From the IMG/VR virus record IMGVR_UViG_3300044692_000046, positions 31,149 to 95,148 of that record: a stretch of DNA of 64,000 nt; one strand, written 5' to 3'. The notes under the pieces are model-generated. The model was not told where the DNA came from and ran no database searches. It saw only the letters and a list, made by a program, of their open reading frames with translations. Origin of the DNA: a virus. The first letter of the stretch is position 1. Each line of letters begins with the position of its first letter. Both the position numbers and the translations under genes were made by a program. Shown piece by piece: positions 36,367-45,952 of the stretch.

Positions 36367-36434
36367 CTACTCTCTGTTGAGTCTCGGCCCGGTGTTAGAG
36401 ATCATCATCCCCGGTTTCGTCACGCTGCGTCGAT

Positions 36435-36992
36435 CTACTCGCAGTCTGGGTCGTCGTCTTCGGCAAGCCACCGCTCGGCGCGCTCAGTCGGCACGGCTAG
36501 GAACGTGGCGTTGCCCCACCGCACCTGCTCGCCGGGACGGTGTAGCGGCTCGACGACGTAGATGTCTGGGTACTGCGGATCGTCGCCTTCGACCGCTCGC
36601 AGGTGGCCTACGCCGTCCGGGTCGTAGCCGCGCAGGCTGGAGGTCTCGACCACCAGGTCGCCCACCTCGGGGTGCATCATCCGCTGCGACAGACGCTGGT
36701 ACAGCGGACCGTCGTTCGTGGCGGCGACCACGTTGCCGACGTTCAGCCACCAGGCGCGCTCGCCCATCTGCTCCACATGCAGCCAAGTGTGCCCCGGTCC
36801 GCCCACCACCAGCTTGTCGAAGTCGGTGCCGGCCAAGTTGTGGTGGGTGACGATGCCCGGCTCGTCGTCGCCTGCCGCGTCGGTGCCGATGTCGTGGGAG
36901 GTGCCCCAGGGGCAGCCTGTGGGGCTGCCACGGCCGAGCCATTCGACGGCCTTGACCCGCCAGCGGGCACCGGGACGGCGGTTGCGGGTCAC
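36435..36992 (-). CDS. Hypothetical protein
   Basis: GTGA coupling. Confidence 0.55.
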   Translation of the reverse strand: MTRNRRPGARWRVKAVEWLGRGSPTGCPWGTSHDIGTDAAGDDEPGIVTHHNLAGTDFDKLVVGGPGHTWLHVEQMGERAWWLNVGNVVAATNDGPLYQRLSQRMMHPEVGDLVVETSSLRGYDPDGVGHLRAVEGDDPQYPDIYVVEPLHRPGEQVRWGNATFLAVPTERAERWLAEDDDPDCE

Positions 36993-37201
36993 GCGCCCTC
37001 CTCGAATCGGTGCGGGCCTCCGCAGAAGCCGACCCTCCTCGCCGGCCATTCCTGCGGACAGCCCGCCGCGCCGCAGCAGCACGGTATCGCCGGGGCCTCC
37101 TCCCACCGCACGGGCGAGTTGAGGCAGTGGCGCACCCGACCGGTGCGGATCTCCTCCGCCGACGGGATAGCCTCCACGGCCGAGCAGTGATCGGCTGTCA
37201 T
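36989..37201 (-). CDS. Small Cys-rich protein
   Basis: Coupled at both ends. Confidence 0.5.
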   Translation of the reverse strand: MTADHCSAVEAIPSAEEIRTGRVRHCLNSPVRWEEAPAIPCCCGAAGCPQEWPARRVGFCGGPHRFEEGA

Positions 37202-37686
37202 CTTGTCTCCTCGGGCATTGTCAGGTCGTACAGCCCCATGTCGATCGAGTCCTGGGTCATCGTTCGGATCAGCCGGCGACGCTCGGTCTCCGGCGGCTTC
37301 CACGCGTCCTGCGGGTACGGGCGCACCTCGATGCCCGCGGCGTGCGCTTGGTCGCAGCAGTCCTTGGTCCCCTTGTTCAATGCGCTCTCCTGGTAGAAGG
37401 CCACCAGCAGATCGGCGCCGGCGGCCACCATGCGGGCGTTGCGCAGATGCCCCGCCCGCTTGCCGTACCTGCCCCACTCCAGACCGGTCACCGGGTGCGG
37501 CTCGTGGTCCACCGGCCGACCGGCGGCCTTCTGCTCCCGGACCCAGGTCGCCGCGATCGTGTCCGCGCCGCGGGCAGCGCCGTGCACCACCAGCAGCTCG
37601 CCGTGCTCGGCCAGCAGCCCGTCCAGCACGCTGCGGAGGCGAGGAGCGTCCTGGTAGTCGCGAGAGCCCGTGATCAGGAGGCGCAT
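37198..37686 (-). CDS. SLOG (DUF2493/YspA-like) protein
   Basis: LLITGSRD..VVHGAARGAD..AGHLRNARMV..KGT. Confidence 0.9.
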   Translation of the reverse strand: MRLLITGSRDYQDAPRLRSVLDGLLAEHGELLVVHGAARGADTIAATWVREQKAAGRPVDHEPHPVTGLEWGRYGKRAGHLRNARMVAAGADLLVAFYQESALNKGTKDCCDQAHAAGIEVRPYPQDAWKPPETERRRLIRTMTQDSIDMGLYDLTMPEETR

Positions 37687-37850
37687 GACTTCCCCTCGAT
37701 CTCTTGCCCCAGCGCCGCGAGGCGCACCAACTCCTCCAGGCGATCGGCGGGTATCCGTGCCATGGGCGCCGTACCTCGCCGCTCGGCGTTCTGTCGGGCC
37801 GTGGCGAGCCTTCGGCGCGCGCTGCCAACAACGTCAATGTCCAGCGCCAT
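37674..37850 (-). CDS. Small hypothetical protein (58 aa)
   Basis: Fills gap; RBS; manual translation MALDIDVVGSARRRL... Confidence 0.5.
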   Translation of the reverse strand: MALDIDVVGSARRRLATARQNAERRGTAPMARIPADRLEELVRLAALGQEIEGKSCAS

Positions 37851-38130
37851 CGCTCCCCCTCAGTCGGTCGTACGCCGCTCGGAAATCCGGATCGCTGGCC
37901 CGCTGCTCCTCGATGAACGCGTCCTGGTCGTCCGCGATGCCGTACGCCCGGCCCGTCTCGTCCTCATCGACAAGCTTCTCCTCCTGCAGCTCCCAGAAGG
38001 TCGCGGTCACCTCATCCACGCCCGCGCCGGTCTGCTGGGCCACGGTGTACGCCAGGTCGGGGCCGGGCTCGTCGTGCACTACGGCGAGGCGGTTCAGGAT
38101 CGCGGCGCGGATGGTCCGATTGTCAGTCAT
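37834..38130 (-). CDS. Small winged-helix-like protein
   Basis: Coupled ORF; VAQQTGAGVDEVTATFWELQEEKLV. Confidence 0.55.
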   Translation of the reverse strand: MTDNRTIRAAILNRLAVVHDEPGPDLAYTVAQQTGAGVDEVTATFWELQEEKLVDEDETGRAYGIADDQDAFIEEQRASDPDFRAAYDRLRGSDGAGH

Positions 38131-38485
38131 CGTCGTCCTCGTATTCGACCGTGAAGTTCGGGTTGCGGTAGAGCTTGCCGGTGGCGAGTGCGATGCTCTC
38201 CAAGTCGCTCCGGTGCACCGGGCCAGCGATGATCTCGTGGTCGTCGTCCGGATCTGCTGCGGGCGCGTGAGACTTCGCGACTAGCGGCGCCACCGCCACC
38301 GCGATCGCCCTCGGCAGCGCCTCCGGGTCGCTCGGGTTCACCGACGACGACCACCAGCCCCAGCCCATGCACGCCGGACAGTCGTCGCCGTCCCGCTTGC
38401 CGGTCCGGTTGCACGGCTCGCAGGGGTGGATCAGGACGTTGCGGACCGCTGCGTACACCTCGTCGGGGATCGGTGGCTCAGTCAT
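38123..38485 (-). CDS. Hypothetical protein with DnaJ-type CxxCxGxG motifs
   Basis: CEPCNRTG..CPACMGWG. Confidence 0.55.
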   Translation of the reverse strand: MTEPPIPDEVYAAVRNVLIHPCEPCNRTGKRDGDDCPACMGWGWWSSSVNPSDPEALPRAIAVAVAPLVAKSHAPAADPDDDHEIIAGPVHRSDLESIALATGKLYRNPNFTVEYEDDDD

Positions 38486-39035
38486 CGTCGTTCCCCGGTC
38501 TGAGTACGGCACGGGCACGTCCCAGGCGCTGTCGGTGCATGCAGTCCGGGCGGTGGCCGAGCACCGAGTCCTCAGCCAGCTCCAGCAGATCCTTGACCGC
38601 CGCCTGCATCCGCTCGTTCTCCTCCTGTACCTCGCGCGCGTAGTCCTCGGCTTGGGCCAGCAGTGCCTCGTGCCGCTGCCGCTCCTCGGACAGCGCTCGC
38701 TCGGCCGCCTCTCGCCGCATGTCCGACCGGTAGCACTCGTCCAGCATGTGCGCGCAACTCACGCAGGTCACCTGGAAGTCAAGGCTGCGTTCCACCTCGC
38801 GCTGACCCTCGGCAGCGAGTTTCTGACCGATCAGCCGGTCCACCTCGCGCTGCCCGTCGTCCAGGTCGTCCCAGCCGGCCAGCCACGAGGGCTTCGGGTT
38901 CGGCTGGCGGCTCGCCCACTCCACCCACACCTCGCGGACACGGCGGCCCAGGAAGTCCGCCCGCTCCTTGTCCACGCGCCGCTGGATCTCTTCTCGGCTC
39001 ACCTCGGGAGACACGTCGAGGTCGTTGTCAGCCAC
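38478..39035 (-). CDS. Coiled-coil hypothetical protein
   Basis: Coupled ORF. Confidence 0.6.
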   Translation of the reverse strand: MADNDLDVSPEVSREEIQRRVDKERADFLGRRVREVWVEWASRQPNPKPSWLAGWDDLDDGQREVDRLIGQKLAAEGQREVERSLDFQVTCVSCAHMLDECYRSDMRREAAERALSEERQRHEALLAQAEDYAREVQEENERMQAAVKDLLELAEDSVLGHRPDCMHRQRLGRARAVLRPGNDDD

Positions 39036-39330
39036 GGCCCTTGTCCTCTTCGCGCACCCATCCCAGGAACAGGTCCGCCGCCGGCCCCTCGATGCGGTGG
39101 TCGCGGGGCTCCTTGCCCGTCGTGTGCACCGTGACCGTCGTAAACTCCGGGTCGGTGGTGATGTCGAGGCAGCCGTCGAAGACGGTGTGCTCGTCGCCCA
39201 TCAGCGGGTAGCCGTTGATGACAAGCTGGGCGTACAGGCCGCCGTGCTTGCCCCAGTTGATGGTCTCGCCCTCGGCGTCGACCTCTTCGACGGTGTCATC
39301 GGAGTACAGGATGAAGGCTCGGTCGGTCAT
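39028..39330 (-). CDS. Hypothetical protein
   Basis: GGAGG RBS. Confidence 0.6.
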   Translation of the reverse strand: MTDRAFILYSDDTVEEVDAEGETINWGKHGGLYAQLVINGYPLMGDEHTVFDGCLDITTDPEFTTVTVHTTGKEPRDHRIEGPAADLFLGWVREEDKGRG

Positions 39331-39333
39331 CGT

Positions 39334-39624
39334 TCAGTCCTCTTCCTTCTCGTAGGTGGCCTCGAAGATGTCCGGCTTGCACGGGTAGAACTCGCCCTTG
39401 ACTCCCCGGATCACCCAGTCGTTCTCGCTGGCCCACATGGTGCCCTCCAGCGTCGGGATGGTCAGGCTCGTGACGTACTCGTCGCTCGGGTCCTGGGTCT
39501 GGTGGATCCGGCCGCCGCACCAGGCGGCGATGGCGTCCCAGTCGGCCTCGTCGGTGAGCTGAACGGCCTCGATCGTGACGGGCTTCTTCGTGAAGCGGTC
39601 GATGTGCAATTCGGTGGTGGTCAT
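39334..39624 (-). CDS. Conserved small phage protein
   Basis: KKPVTIEAVQ..IPTLEG..DWVIRGVKGEFYPCKPDIFEATYE is a widespread phage motif. Confidence 0.85.
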   Translation of the reverse strand: MTTTELHIDRFTKKPVTIEAVQLTDEADWDAIAAWCGGRIHQTQDPSDEYVTSLTIPTLEGTMWASENDWVIRGVKGEFYPCKPDIFEATYEKEED

Positions 39625-39690
39625 CGGGTCAGTCCTCTCGGGATGGGTTGGCGGGTAGCTGTGTCCGGCTCCTCTGGATCCGCTGCGGGC

Positions 39691-39951
39691 TCACCGGTTC
39701 GCCTCCACGTACGCACGGGCCACGTCGACGGCGGCGTTGTCCGTGCAGCACGCCCCGTTGCAGCCCGCGTCCAGAGCCCGCTTCGCCACCGCGGCCAGCC
39801 AGCACGCCACCGACTCCTGAAACCCCGGCCGCCACGCGCCGCGCGACCGCGCGTCCTCCAGCATGTCCGCTGCGATTGCCCGGACTGCCAGCGCCGGCTC
39901 TGTGTCCAGCATCGCCAGCGCCCATTCGGTGGTCATCCTCGCGCCCACCAT
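39691..39951 (-). CDS. Hypothetical protein
   Basis: TGATG coupling. Confidence 0.5.
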   Translation of the reverse strand: MVGARMTTEWALAMLDTEPALAVRAIAADMLEDARSRGAWRPGFQESVACWLAAVAKRALDAGCNGACCTDNAAVDVARAYVEANR

Positions 39952-40172
39952 CAGCCCTCCACCTCCAGGTCGTCGGCGGGCCGCAGCCCCAGCATGTCCA
40001 GCATCTCCGCCAGCCACTCCTCCGGACGCTCATGCTCCGTAGCGAACGCGGCCAGGTTGCGGCGGGCAGCCTCACGGCGCGCGTTGTAGCGGCGCCGCTC
40101 CCGGGCCGAGGCGAGCTTCGGGGTACGCGCCGAATCCAGCTGCGACGACAGGTCGCCTGCGATCGCCGTCAC
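39951..40172 (-). CDS. Hypothetical protein
   Basis: Coupled at both ends. Confidence 0.55.
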   Translation of the reverse strand: MTAIAGDLSSQLDSARTPKLASARERRRYNARREAARRNLAAFATEHERPEEWLAEMLDMLGLRPADDLEVEG

Positions 40173-40396
40173 CGGGCACGCTCCGGCTTGATGTCCACCG
40201 TGATGTCTCGCGGACCCGCCGCCCACGACAGGACTGTCTCCGGGTCGGTGCCATGCTCGTCCTGGTCGACCGTCGCCATCTGCCAATCGGTCAGCAGCGC
40301 ACCACTCGGATTGCCGTACATACCTCGCTCTGCCGAGTACCGCACCGTGATCGTGGCGACCAGCGTCACCTCGTCGTCCTCACGCAGGTCGCTCAC
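40169..40396 (-). CDS. Hypothetical protein
   Basis: Coupled. Confidence 0.55.
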   Translation of the reverse strand: MSDLREDDEVTLVATITVRYSAERGMYGNPSGALLTDWQMATVDQDEHGTDPETVLSWAAGPRDITVDIKPERAR

Positions 40397-40977
40397 TGCT
40401 CCGTCTCCTGTTCCGATCGCACCGAGGCGCGCACACGCGCCATCACCTCCGGGTCACGCTGGCCGACCGGCACCGTCGCCATCAGCCGGATCCGCTTCAG
40501 CTGCGCCTCAGTGCGGCCGTATGCCCGGACACCGCCGCACAGAGCGCATTGGCCGTACCCGCTGTGGTCGAGCAGCGGGTCGGGGCAGGTGCAGGAGCGG
40601 TGGGCACGCTCCAGGGACGCGCAGTCGGAGTGGAACAGGTCCAGCTCGCCGCGCCACCACGGCGACTTCCTGCCGCCGTCCCAGCCGCTGTTGCTGTGGT
40701 TAACCACGTCGCGCCTGGTGCTGCGTCCACCGCACCACGCACAGCGGGTCAGCAGCCGGCGGCGCAGCGCCTGGAGCGGCGGGAACTGGAGCCGCCAGTG
40801 GTGCGGGTGCCGCCAGTGCGTCCGGTACGGGCAGACCGTGCCGGCGTCGTGGCCGTCGGGCTCGACGTGCCAGACGGTCACCAGCGGCGGCCAGTACCAG
40901 CACGCGTGTTCTCCTCGGCCGCTGCGCCTCGGCCACGGCCGGCGGATCTCGAACGCCACCAGCATCGGGTCATGCAT
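40393..40977 (-). CDS. Cys/His/Trp-rich hypothetical protein
   Basis: GGAGG RBS; several CxxC motifs. Confidence 0.6.
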   Translation of the reverse strand: MHDPMLVAFEIRRPWPRRSGRGEHACWYWPPLVTVWHVEPDGHDAGTVCPYRTHWRHPHHWRLQFPPLQALRRRLLTRCAWCGGRSTRRDVVNHSNSGWDGGRKSPWWRGELDLFHSDCASLERAHRSCTCPDPLLDHSGYGQCALCGGVRAYGRTEAQLKRIRLMATVPVGQRDPEVMARVRASVRSEQETEQ

Positions 40978-40980
40978 CTC

Positions 40981-41244
40981 TCAGCCCTCCTCGACCGGCA
41001 GGCCCAACGCCTGCGCCACCTCACGCCTGATCAGGTGCACCTCTTCCGGCACCGGCAGCGGATTCGTCCACCGCAGCGCCCCGTACTCCCAGCGGTCCGC
41101 CAGATCCAGCACCGCCCGCAGCGCCTTCGCCGCCGTGTGGATGCACTCCGGACCGCCGGGGCAGCCCGTCGTGTCGTGCTCCGCGTCCCAGTCGTCCAGG
41201 CGGGCACGGATCTGCTCCACCAGGGTTGTCGTTGTTGTCGCCAT
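40981..41244 (-). CDS. Hypothetical protein
   Basis: GGAGG RBS. Confidence 0.6.
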   Translation of the reverse strand: MATTTTTLVEQIRARLDDWDAEHDTTGCPGGPECIHTAAKALRAVLDLADRWEYGALRWTNPLPVPEEVHLIRREVAQALGLPVEEG

Positions 41245-41264
41245 CTCAGCCCTCCACGTTGTCC

Positions 41265-41594
41265 CTACGCCGCCGACTCGTCCGCCGGCAGTTCCACGAA
41301 CACGAACCCCAGCGCCCTCGCCATGTGCTCCTCCACCGTCGCCCCCTTGCTGCGCTCCCAGCCCGGCAGCAGACAGATCGCGTTGCAGCTGAGGAGGTCC
41401 AGCAAGTCTCGGCGCAGGTACTCCTCGTACGACCAGTCGCCGCCCGAGCCCGCGTCAGCTGGGTTCACCACGTCGTGACCCAGCCCTCGCAGCGTCTCGG
41501 CGGCTGCGTGGAAGGCGGGGAAGTTCATCAGCGGCAAGCCCGTCATCGGACCCGACACGTACACCCGCAGGCTCTGCTCTGTCTCGGTGCTCAC
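41265..41594 (-). CDS. DUF4406 (nucleoside deoxyribosyltransferase-like) protein
   Basis: VYVSGPMTG..NFPAF..VVNP..LPGWERSKGATVE. Confidence 0.9.
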   Translation of the reverse strand: MSTETEQSLRVYVSGPMTGLPLMNFPAFHAAAETLRGLGHDVVNPADAGSGGDWSYEEYLRRDLLDLLSCNAICLLPGWERSKGATVEEHMARALGFVFVELPADESAA

Positions 41595-42247
41595 CGGGAC
41601 ACCTCCGCGCTCTCGTAGTTGTTGGCATGCGTGTAGCACTCGCAGTCCTCCTGTCGGCCCGAGCACTCCCGGCAGCCGTCCGGGCAGGCCCGGCAGTCGC
41701 CCGGCTCCAGAGCGGTCAGCGTCGCGTCGGCCCGCACGTACAGCGGGTGCTGCGGATGCCCGTCGCGGGTCCGGTTCAGGCAGCGCAGTCGCACACCCTC
41801 ACCGGCCAGCAGTTCCCGCACCCGCGCGTCCCGGCCCTGGTGTGTCCCGTTCACGCCCCACGCCGCCACCCACCGGTACGCGTGCATCGACGTGACCGCC
41901 TCGAACACCGCGTCGTTGCGCTCCCCCACCGGCTGCGGATGCGCCAGCATCACCCTCGGGTCTGTGGCGCGCAGCGCGAACAGGTTCAGCACCACCAGCC
42001 CACCCGACCCCCAGCGCCGCGCGAAGCCCAGGCAGCGGCGGATCGTCGGGTCGTCCGCCGCCGCGTCCGCTGTCGAGGGGTTCAGCATCACGAACACTGT
42101 TGGCGGTTCCGTGCCCCAGATGCGCGACAGCATGTACCGGTAGGCGCCGTCCGGGGAGAACACGGCGGCGTCCTGGCCGAACAGGTTGTCGCCGAACTCG
42201 ACCCGCAGCCCCAGCGTGTCCTTGCAGTACGACCAGATGGTGTTCAC
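41591..42247 (-). CDS. DUF1643 protein
   Basis: YRYMLSRIW..VMLNPSTAD..DDPTIRRC..NLFALRATDP..AAWG..HPLY. Confidence 0.9.
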   Translation of the reverse strand: MNTIWSYCKDTLGLRVEFGDNLFGQDAAVFSPDGAYRYMLSRIWGTEPPTVFVMLNPSTADAAADDPTIRRCLGFARRWGSGGLVVLNLFALRATDPRVMLAHPQPVGERNDAVFEAVTSMHAYRWVAAWGVNGTHQGRDARVRELLAGEGVRLRCLNRTRDGHPQHPLYVRADATLTALEPGDCRACPDGCRECSGRQEDCECYTHANNYESAEVSR

Positions 42248-42477
42248 GGCCGCGCCGCCGCCCACGACGCCCACTGCTCGATCTGCTCGGTGTCGATCGT
42301 CTCGTCCAGCTCGAACACCGCGTACCGCTCCCTGCGCCCATCCCGGCGGTTCTGCCGGCAGGCGTGCACGGCCCGCTCCACTGCCTCCTCCTTGTCGAAG
42401 ACAACCTCACCGACCACCTCACCCGGGATCCCGGACGCTTGGTTGTACTCGACCACCACGAACAGTCGGTCGCTCAT
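42244..42477 (-). CDS. Hypothetical protein
   Basis: Coupled. Confidence 0.55.
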   Translation of the reverse strand: MSDRLFVVVEYNQASGIPGEVVGEVVFDKEEAVERAVHACRQNRRDGRRERYAVFELDETIDTEQIEQWASWAAARP

Positions 42478-42722
42478 GCCATGTACTCCTCGCCCGTCAA
42501 GGTGGCCAGATGCCTCGCGTGCCTCTCCGCTGGGCCGGTCCACGGCACCACCTCGGCGTGCCACCGGTCGTCCTCGTGAGCGCCCGGCTTGGTCGCATAC
42601 CACCCGTACGCCGCGTTGATCGCGTCGGCCTTCTCCTGCGCCGCCTCGCGGCTCTCGGCCGGCAGAATGTCGTCCGGGCCTTCCACGTGCACAGCCCACA
42701 GCTCCGTCGTCGTTTCGGTCAT
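42474..42722 (-). CDS. Hypothetical protein
   Basis: LWAVHVEGPDDILPAESREAA motif; RBS. Confidence 0.6.
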   Translation of the reverse strand: MTETTTELWAVHVEGPDDILPAESREAAQEKADAINAAYGWYATKPGAHEDDRWHAEVVPWTGPAERHARHLATLTGEEYMA

Positions 42723-42806
42723 CTCTCGCCCCTCCATGGGTCTGGTCCTTCCTGCCGGCTCACGCGGCCGGGTTGTCATTCCGAAGATCACGAAGCGGGC
42801 GCCCCA

Positions 42807-43655
42807 TCAGCACGCCTCCTTGAAGCTGGCCTCGGTCTCACCGAGACCCGTGCAGCCCTCAAACGAGCAGCGAGTGAACGGGCGCAACTGGTGCTTCGGG
42901 TCGTCCCACACCGACGTGCCGCACCAGTCGCCCTCGCCGGGCCAGTGATGCCCGGTGCACAGCGGGCCGGCCGTGCAGTCGCGGCGCTTGCCCTCCTGGT
43001 GCGTGAACGCCGCCCCCGTGCACGTCACCAACCGGTCGACGTGCGGGTAGTCGCGCAGCCGCAGACGCTCATACCGCTGCGCCTCGTACCGGCACTCCCG
43101 GCGCAAGTGGAACGTCGGGCCCGGCGCACCCGGCACCTCCAGGTTCGGCTCCGGGAACGTCACTGTCTTCTGCCGCGCCGTGATCGGACCCCGACAGGCG
43201 TAGCACACACCCGGGGCGGTGCCCGCCAACTTCCGGTCCAGCTGCTTGCCGGCTTCCTCCGCTATCCGGTCGCGCACATCCGCCAAGCACGGGAACGGGT
43301 CGCCGTGGCAGGAGCAGACCGCGAACCGCTCCGGCACCCGATTCCAGGTGACGTGCGCACCGGCCCGGACGATCAGGTGCAGCCGACCGTCCGGCCGCAC
43401 CTCGTCCAGCTTCGGTCCGCGGACGTGCATGAGCACCAGCGCGTACGGCGGGCGGGCTCGGGTCCCGTACGACGCCAACCGAGCAATCGCCGCGCGATCC
43501 TCGGCGCTCCAGTCCACCTCGGCGCGCACCGCACACTCCTCGACGCGCCACACGGCGTACCGCCAACCCAACAGCCAGCCCACCTCGGGAAGGCCACTGC
43601 CTGCCCACCGGCTCGGGCGCGGCGTCCACTGGTCCGGATCATCGGTTCGGTACAC
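42807..43655 (-). CDS. Cys-rich hypothetical protein
   Basis: GGAGG RBS before GTG 43655; many Cys/His clusters. Confidence 0.6.
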   Translation of the reverse strand: MYRTDDPDQWTPRPSRWAGSGLPEVGWLLGWRYAVWRVEECAVRAEVDWSAEDRAAIARLASYGTRARPPYALVLMHVRGPKLDEVRPDGRLHLIVRAGAHVTWNRVPERFAVCSCHGDPFPCLADVRDRIAEEAGKQLDRKLAGTAPGVCYACRGPITARQKTVTFPEPNLEVPGAPGPTFHLRRECRYEAQRYERLRLRDYPHVDRLVTCTGAAFTHQEGKRRDCTAGPLCTGHHWPGEGDWCGTSVWDDPKHQLRPFTRCSFEGCTGLGETEASFKEAC

Positions 43656-43656
43656 G

Positions 43657-44508
43657 TCAGCACGCCTCCTCGTCCTGCGCCGGGAGTTCCTCAAACAGCG
43701 ACGCTTGCCGGCCCAGCGGGCGGTTCGACCACAGCACCTCCGTGCGGGATTCCCAGGAGCCGCCCTGGCCTGTGGAGGTCGCCATCGTGTGCCGATGCCA
43801 AGTGGCGTACAACTCGTCGTCGTACAGCGGCGACGGGTAGCCACACAGCACAACCGCCGCCTCGCAGGCGTGCAACGCCTCCGCTAGTTCCCGGTGTTGC
43901 GCCTCTGCGGGCATGTCGTGGGCGTAGCCGCCCGACCGACGCGTCTCCCCGAGGTATGGCGGGTCCACGAACAACAGCACGTTCGGGTCGCGACCGTACG
44001 AGGCGATCACTTCCAACGCCGGGCGGCACTCCAGACTCACCGAAGCGAGCCGGACGGCAGCTGGTGCCATCCGCTCCACGTAGCCGCGCAGATAGTCCGG
44101 CATCGACGCTGACGACCCGGCGGGGTTCACGTAGTGCCGCCAACCGGTTCGGGTTCGCACACCGGCCCGGCCCTGGGTGAGCTGGATCCACACTCGCCGG
44201 GCCCGCTCCAGGTCGTCCACCTCGGCCATGTCGTAGGCCGCGGCGTGCTCGGCGCGCGAGTGCGGCGTCAAGGCGCAGACCCTCGCCAGGTCGTCCGGGC
44301 GGTCCCGCAGGATCTGCCAGAACACCATCAGGTCGCCGTCGAGGTCGTTCACCGTCTCGTGCGCCGACGGCTTCTTCGCCAGCAGCACAGCAAGGCTTCC
44401 GGCGTAGGGCTCCACGTAGTGGCCGTGCGGCGGGAGCAGGCTCACGATCTGCTCGGCCAGCGTCATCTTCCCGCCTAGGTAGACGATCGGTGGCTTCAAC
44501 CCGCTCAT
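43657..44508 (-). CDS. DNA adenine methyltransferase (Dam/D12 class)
   Basis: YLGGK, YVEPYAGS, NDLD, FVDPPY. Confidence 0.95.
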   Translation of the reverse strand: MSGLKPPIVYLGGKMTLAEQIVSLLPPHGHYVEPYAGSLAVLLAKKPSAHETVNDLDGDLMVFWQILRDRPDDLARVCALTPHSRAEHAAAYDMAEVDDLERARRVWIQLTQGRAGVRTRTGWRHYVNPAGSSASMPDYLRGYVERMAPAAVRLASVSLECRPALEVIASYGRDPNVLLFVDPPYLGETRRSGGYAHDMPAEAQHRELAEALHACEAAVVLCGYPSPLYDDELYATWHRHTMATSTGQGGSWESRTEVLWSNRPLGRQASLFEELPAQDEEAC

Positions 44509-44569
44509 CAGCCCGCCTTCCTGAACGACGCCTCGATCTCACCGTTCTGCGGCTGCCAGTTAGTCATGA

Positions 44570-45952
44570 TCAGATCGCCATCGAGACGAAACGGGAGAAG
44601 TGCAGCTGCGCCGCGACCGTCACAGTGCCGGTCGACGCGTCGCGGGCCTTCGCGATGATGAAGTCCGCCTCGCCGGCGCGCGGGCACTCGTCGTCGTAGT
44701 AGTCCTCCCGGTGCAGCAGGATCACCACGTCTGCCGCCGCTTCCAGATCCCCGGACTCGCGCAGGTCCGACAACACGGGCCGCTTGTCCTGGCGCTTCTC
44801 GTTGTCGCGGTTGAGCTGGGTCGGGACGATCAGCGGCACTTCCAGCTCGCCGGCAAGCTCCTTGAGCCCGCGGGCGACCGCGGCGACCTCCTGCTGCCGG
44901 TTCTCGACCCGGCGGCCCGGCTTCACTAGCTGGGCGTAGTCCACGACCAGCATCCCTAGCCCGTGGCGGCGCTTGTGCCGCTGCGCCTCACCGCGCAGCG
45001 TATTGAGGGTGAGGTCGCGTTCTTCGGACAGCCACAGCGGGATCTCCGACAGGTCACCCGCTCGGGCCGACAGCTTTCGCCAGTTGTCTTCGTCGAGGCC
45101 GCCGTCGCGGATGCCTTTCAGCGGTACGCGCGCCTCCGCCGCCAGCAGCCGGTACATCAGCTCCAGGCGGGTCATTTCCAGACTGAACATCGCCACCGGG
45201 TAGCCGAGCTTCGCCGCAGTGAGAGCGAACCCGGTGGACGCTACAGACTTGCCCATGCCCGGCCGCGCCGCCACCAGGACCAGTTGGCCGGGGCGCCAGC
45301 CGCCCAGCATGTCGTCCAGGTCGACCAGGCCCGTGGGGATGATGGTGGGCCTTTCCTCGATCTTGACTGTGTTGTTGGCCTGGATCGCGTCGATCGCGTC
45401 CGGCAGCAGGTCCGGCACCGACACCAGCAGGCCCTGCGTGGAGATCGTGGCGGCAGCCTCGGCCAGCCACTTCTCAGCCTGGGCGAGCACATCCTCCGGG
45501 GACAGCATCCCGGAGGTGTGTGCCCCGTAGCCGAGCTGGACCAGCTGCCCGCCGACCTGGATGGTGCGGCGCAGGAACGCGGTCTTGGCGACCTTCCTGG
45601 CGTAGTAGGTGGCGCTCGCCGCAGCCGGCGTGTTCTGCCACAGGGTGTGCAGGTACGCGGCACCGCCCAGCCGCTCCAACTTCCCCGCGTCCTGTAGCAC
45701 CGACGACACGGTCACGAAGTCCACCGGCTCGCCCCGGCCGAACATGTCCACCATCACCGAGAACAGGTCCGCGTGGCGAGGCTGGTAGAAGTCCTCAGCC
45801 CGCAGGATCTCCACGACCTCGCCGATGGCGATGGGGGACATGAGCATCGCGCCGAGCACCGCCTGCTCCGACGGCAGGTGGTGTGGGGGTTCGTTGTCGA
45901 ACTCGGTGCCGGTCGGCTCGTCTGGGACGGCGTGCAGGTCAGCGGCGGTCAT
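44570..45952 (-). CDS. dnaB: Replicative DNA helicase
   Basis: EQAVLGAML, AARPGMGKS, FSLEM, VDYAQL, DLRESGDLE; start reassigned to ATG 45952. Confidence 0.95.
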   Translation of the reverse strand: MTAADLHAVPDEPTGTEFDNEPPHHLPSEQAVLGAMLMSPIAIGEVVEILRAEDFYQPRHADLFSVMVDMFGRGEPVDFVTVSSVLQDAGKLERLGGAAYLHTLWQNTPAAASATYYARKVAKTAFLRRTIQVGGQLVQLGYGAHTSGMLSPEDVLAQAEKWLAEAAATISTQGLLVSVPDLLPDAIDAIQANNTVKIEERPTIIPTGLVDLDDMLGGWRPGQLVLVAARPGMGKSVASTGFALTAAKLGYPVAMFSLEMTRLELMYRLLAAEARVPLKGIRDGGLDEDNWRKLSARAGDLSEIPLWLSEERDLTLNTLRGEAQRHKRRHGLGMLVVDYAQLVKPGRRVENRQQEVAAVARGLKELAGELEVPLIVPTQLNRDNEKRQDKRPVLSDLRESGDLEAAADVVILLHREDYYDDECPRAGEADFIIAKARDASTGTVTVAAQLHFSRFVSMAI

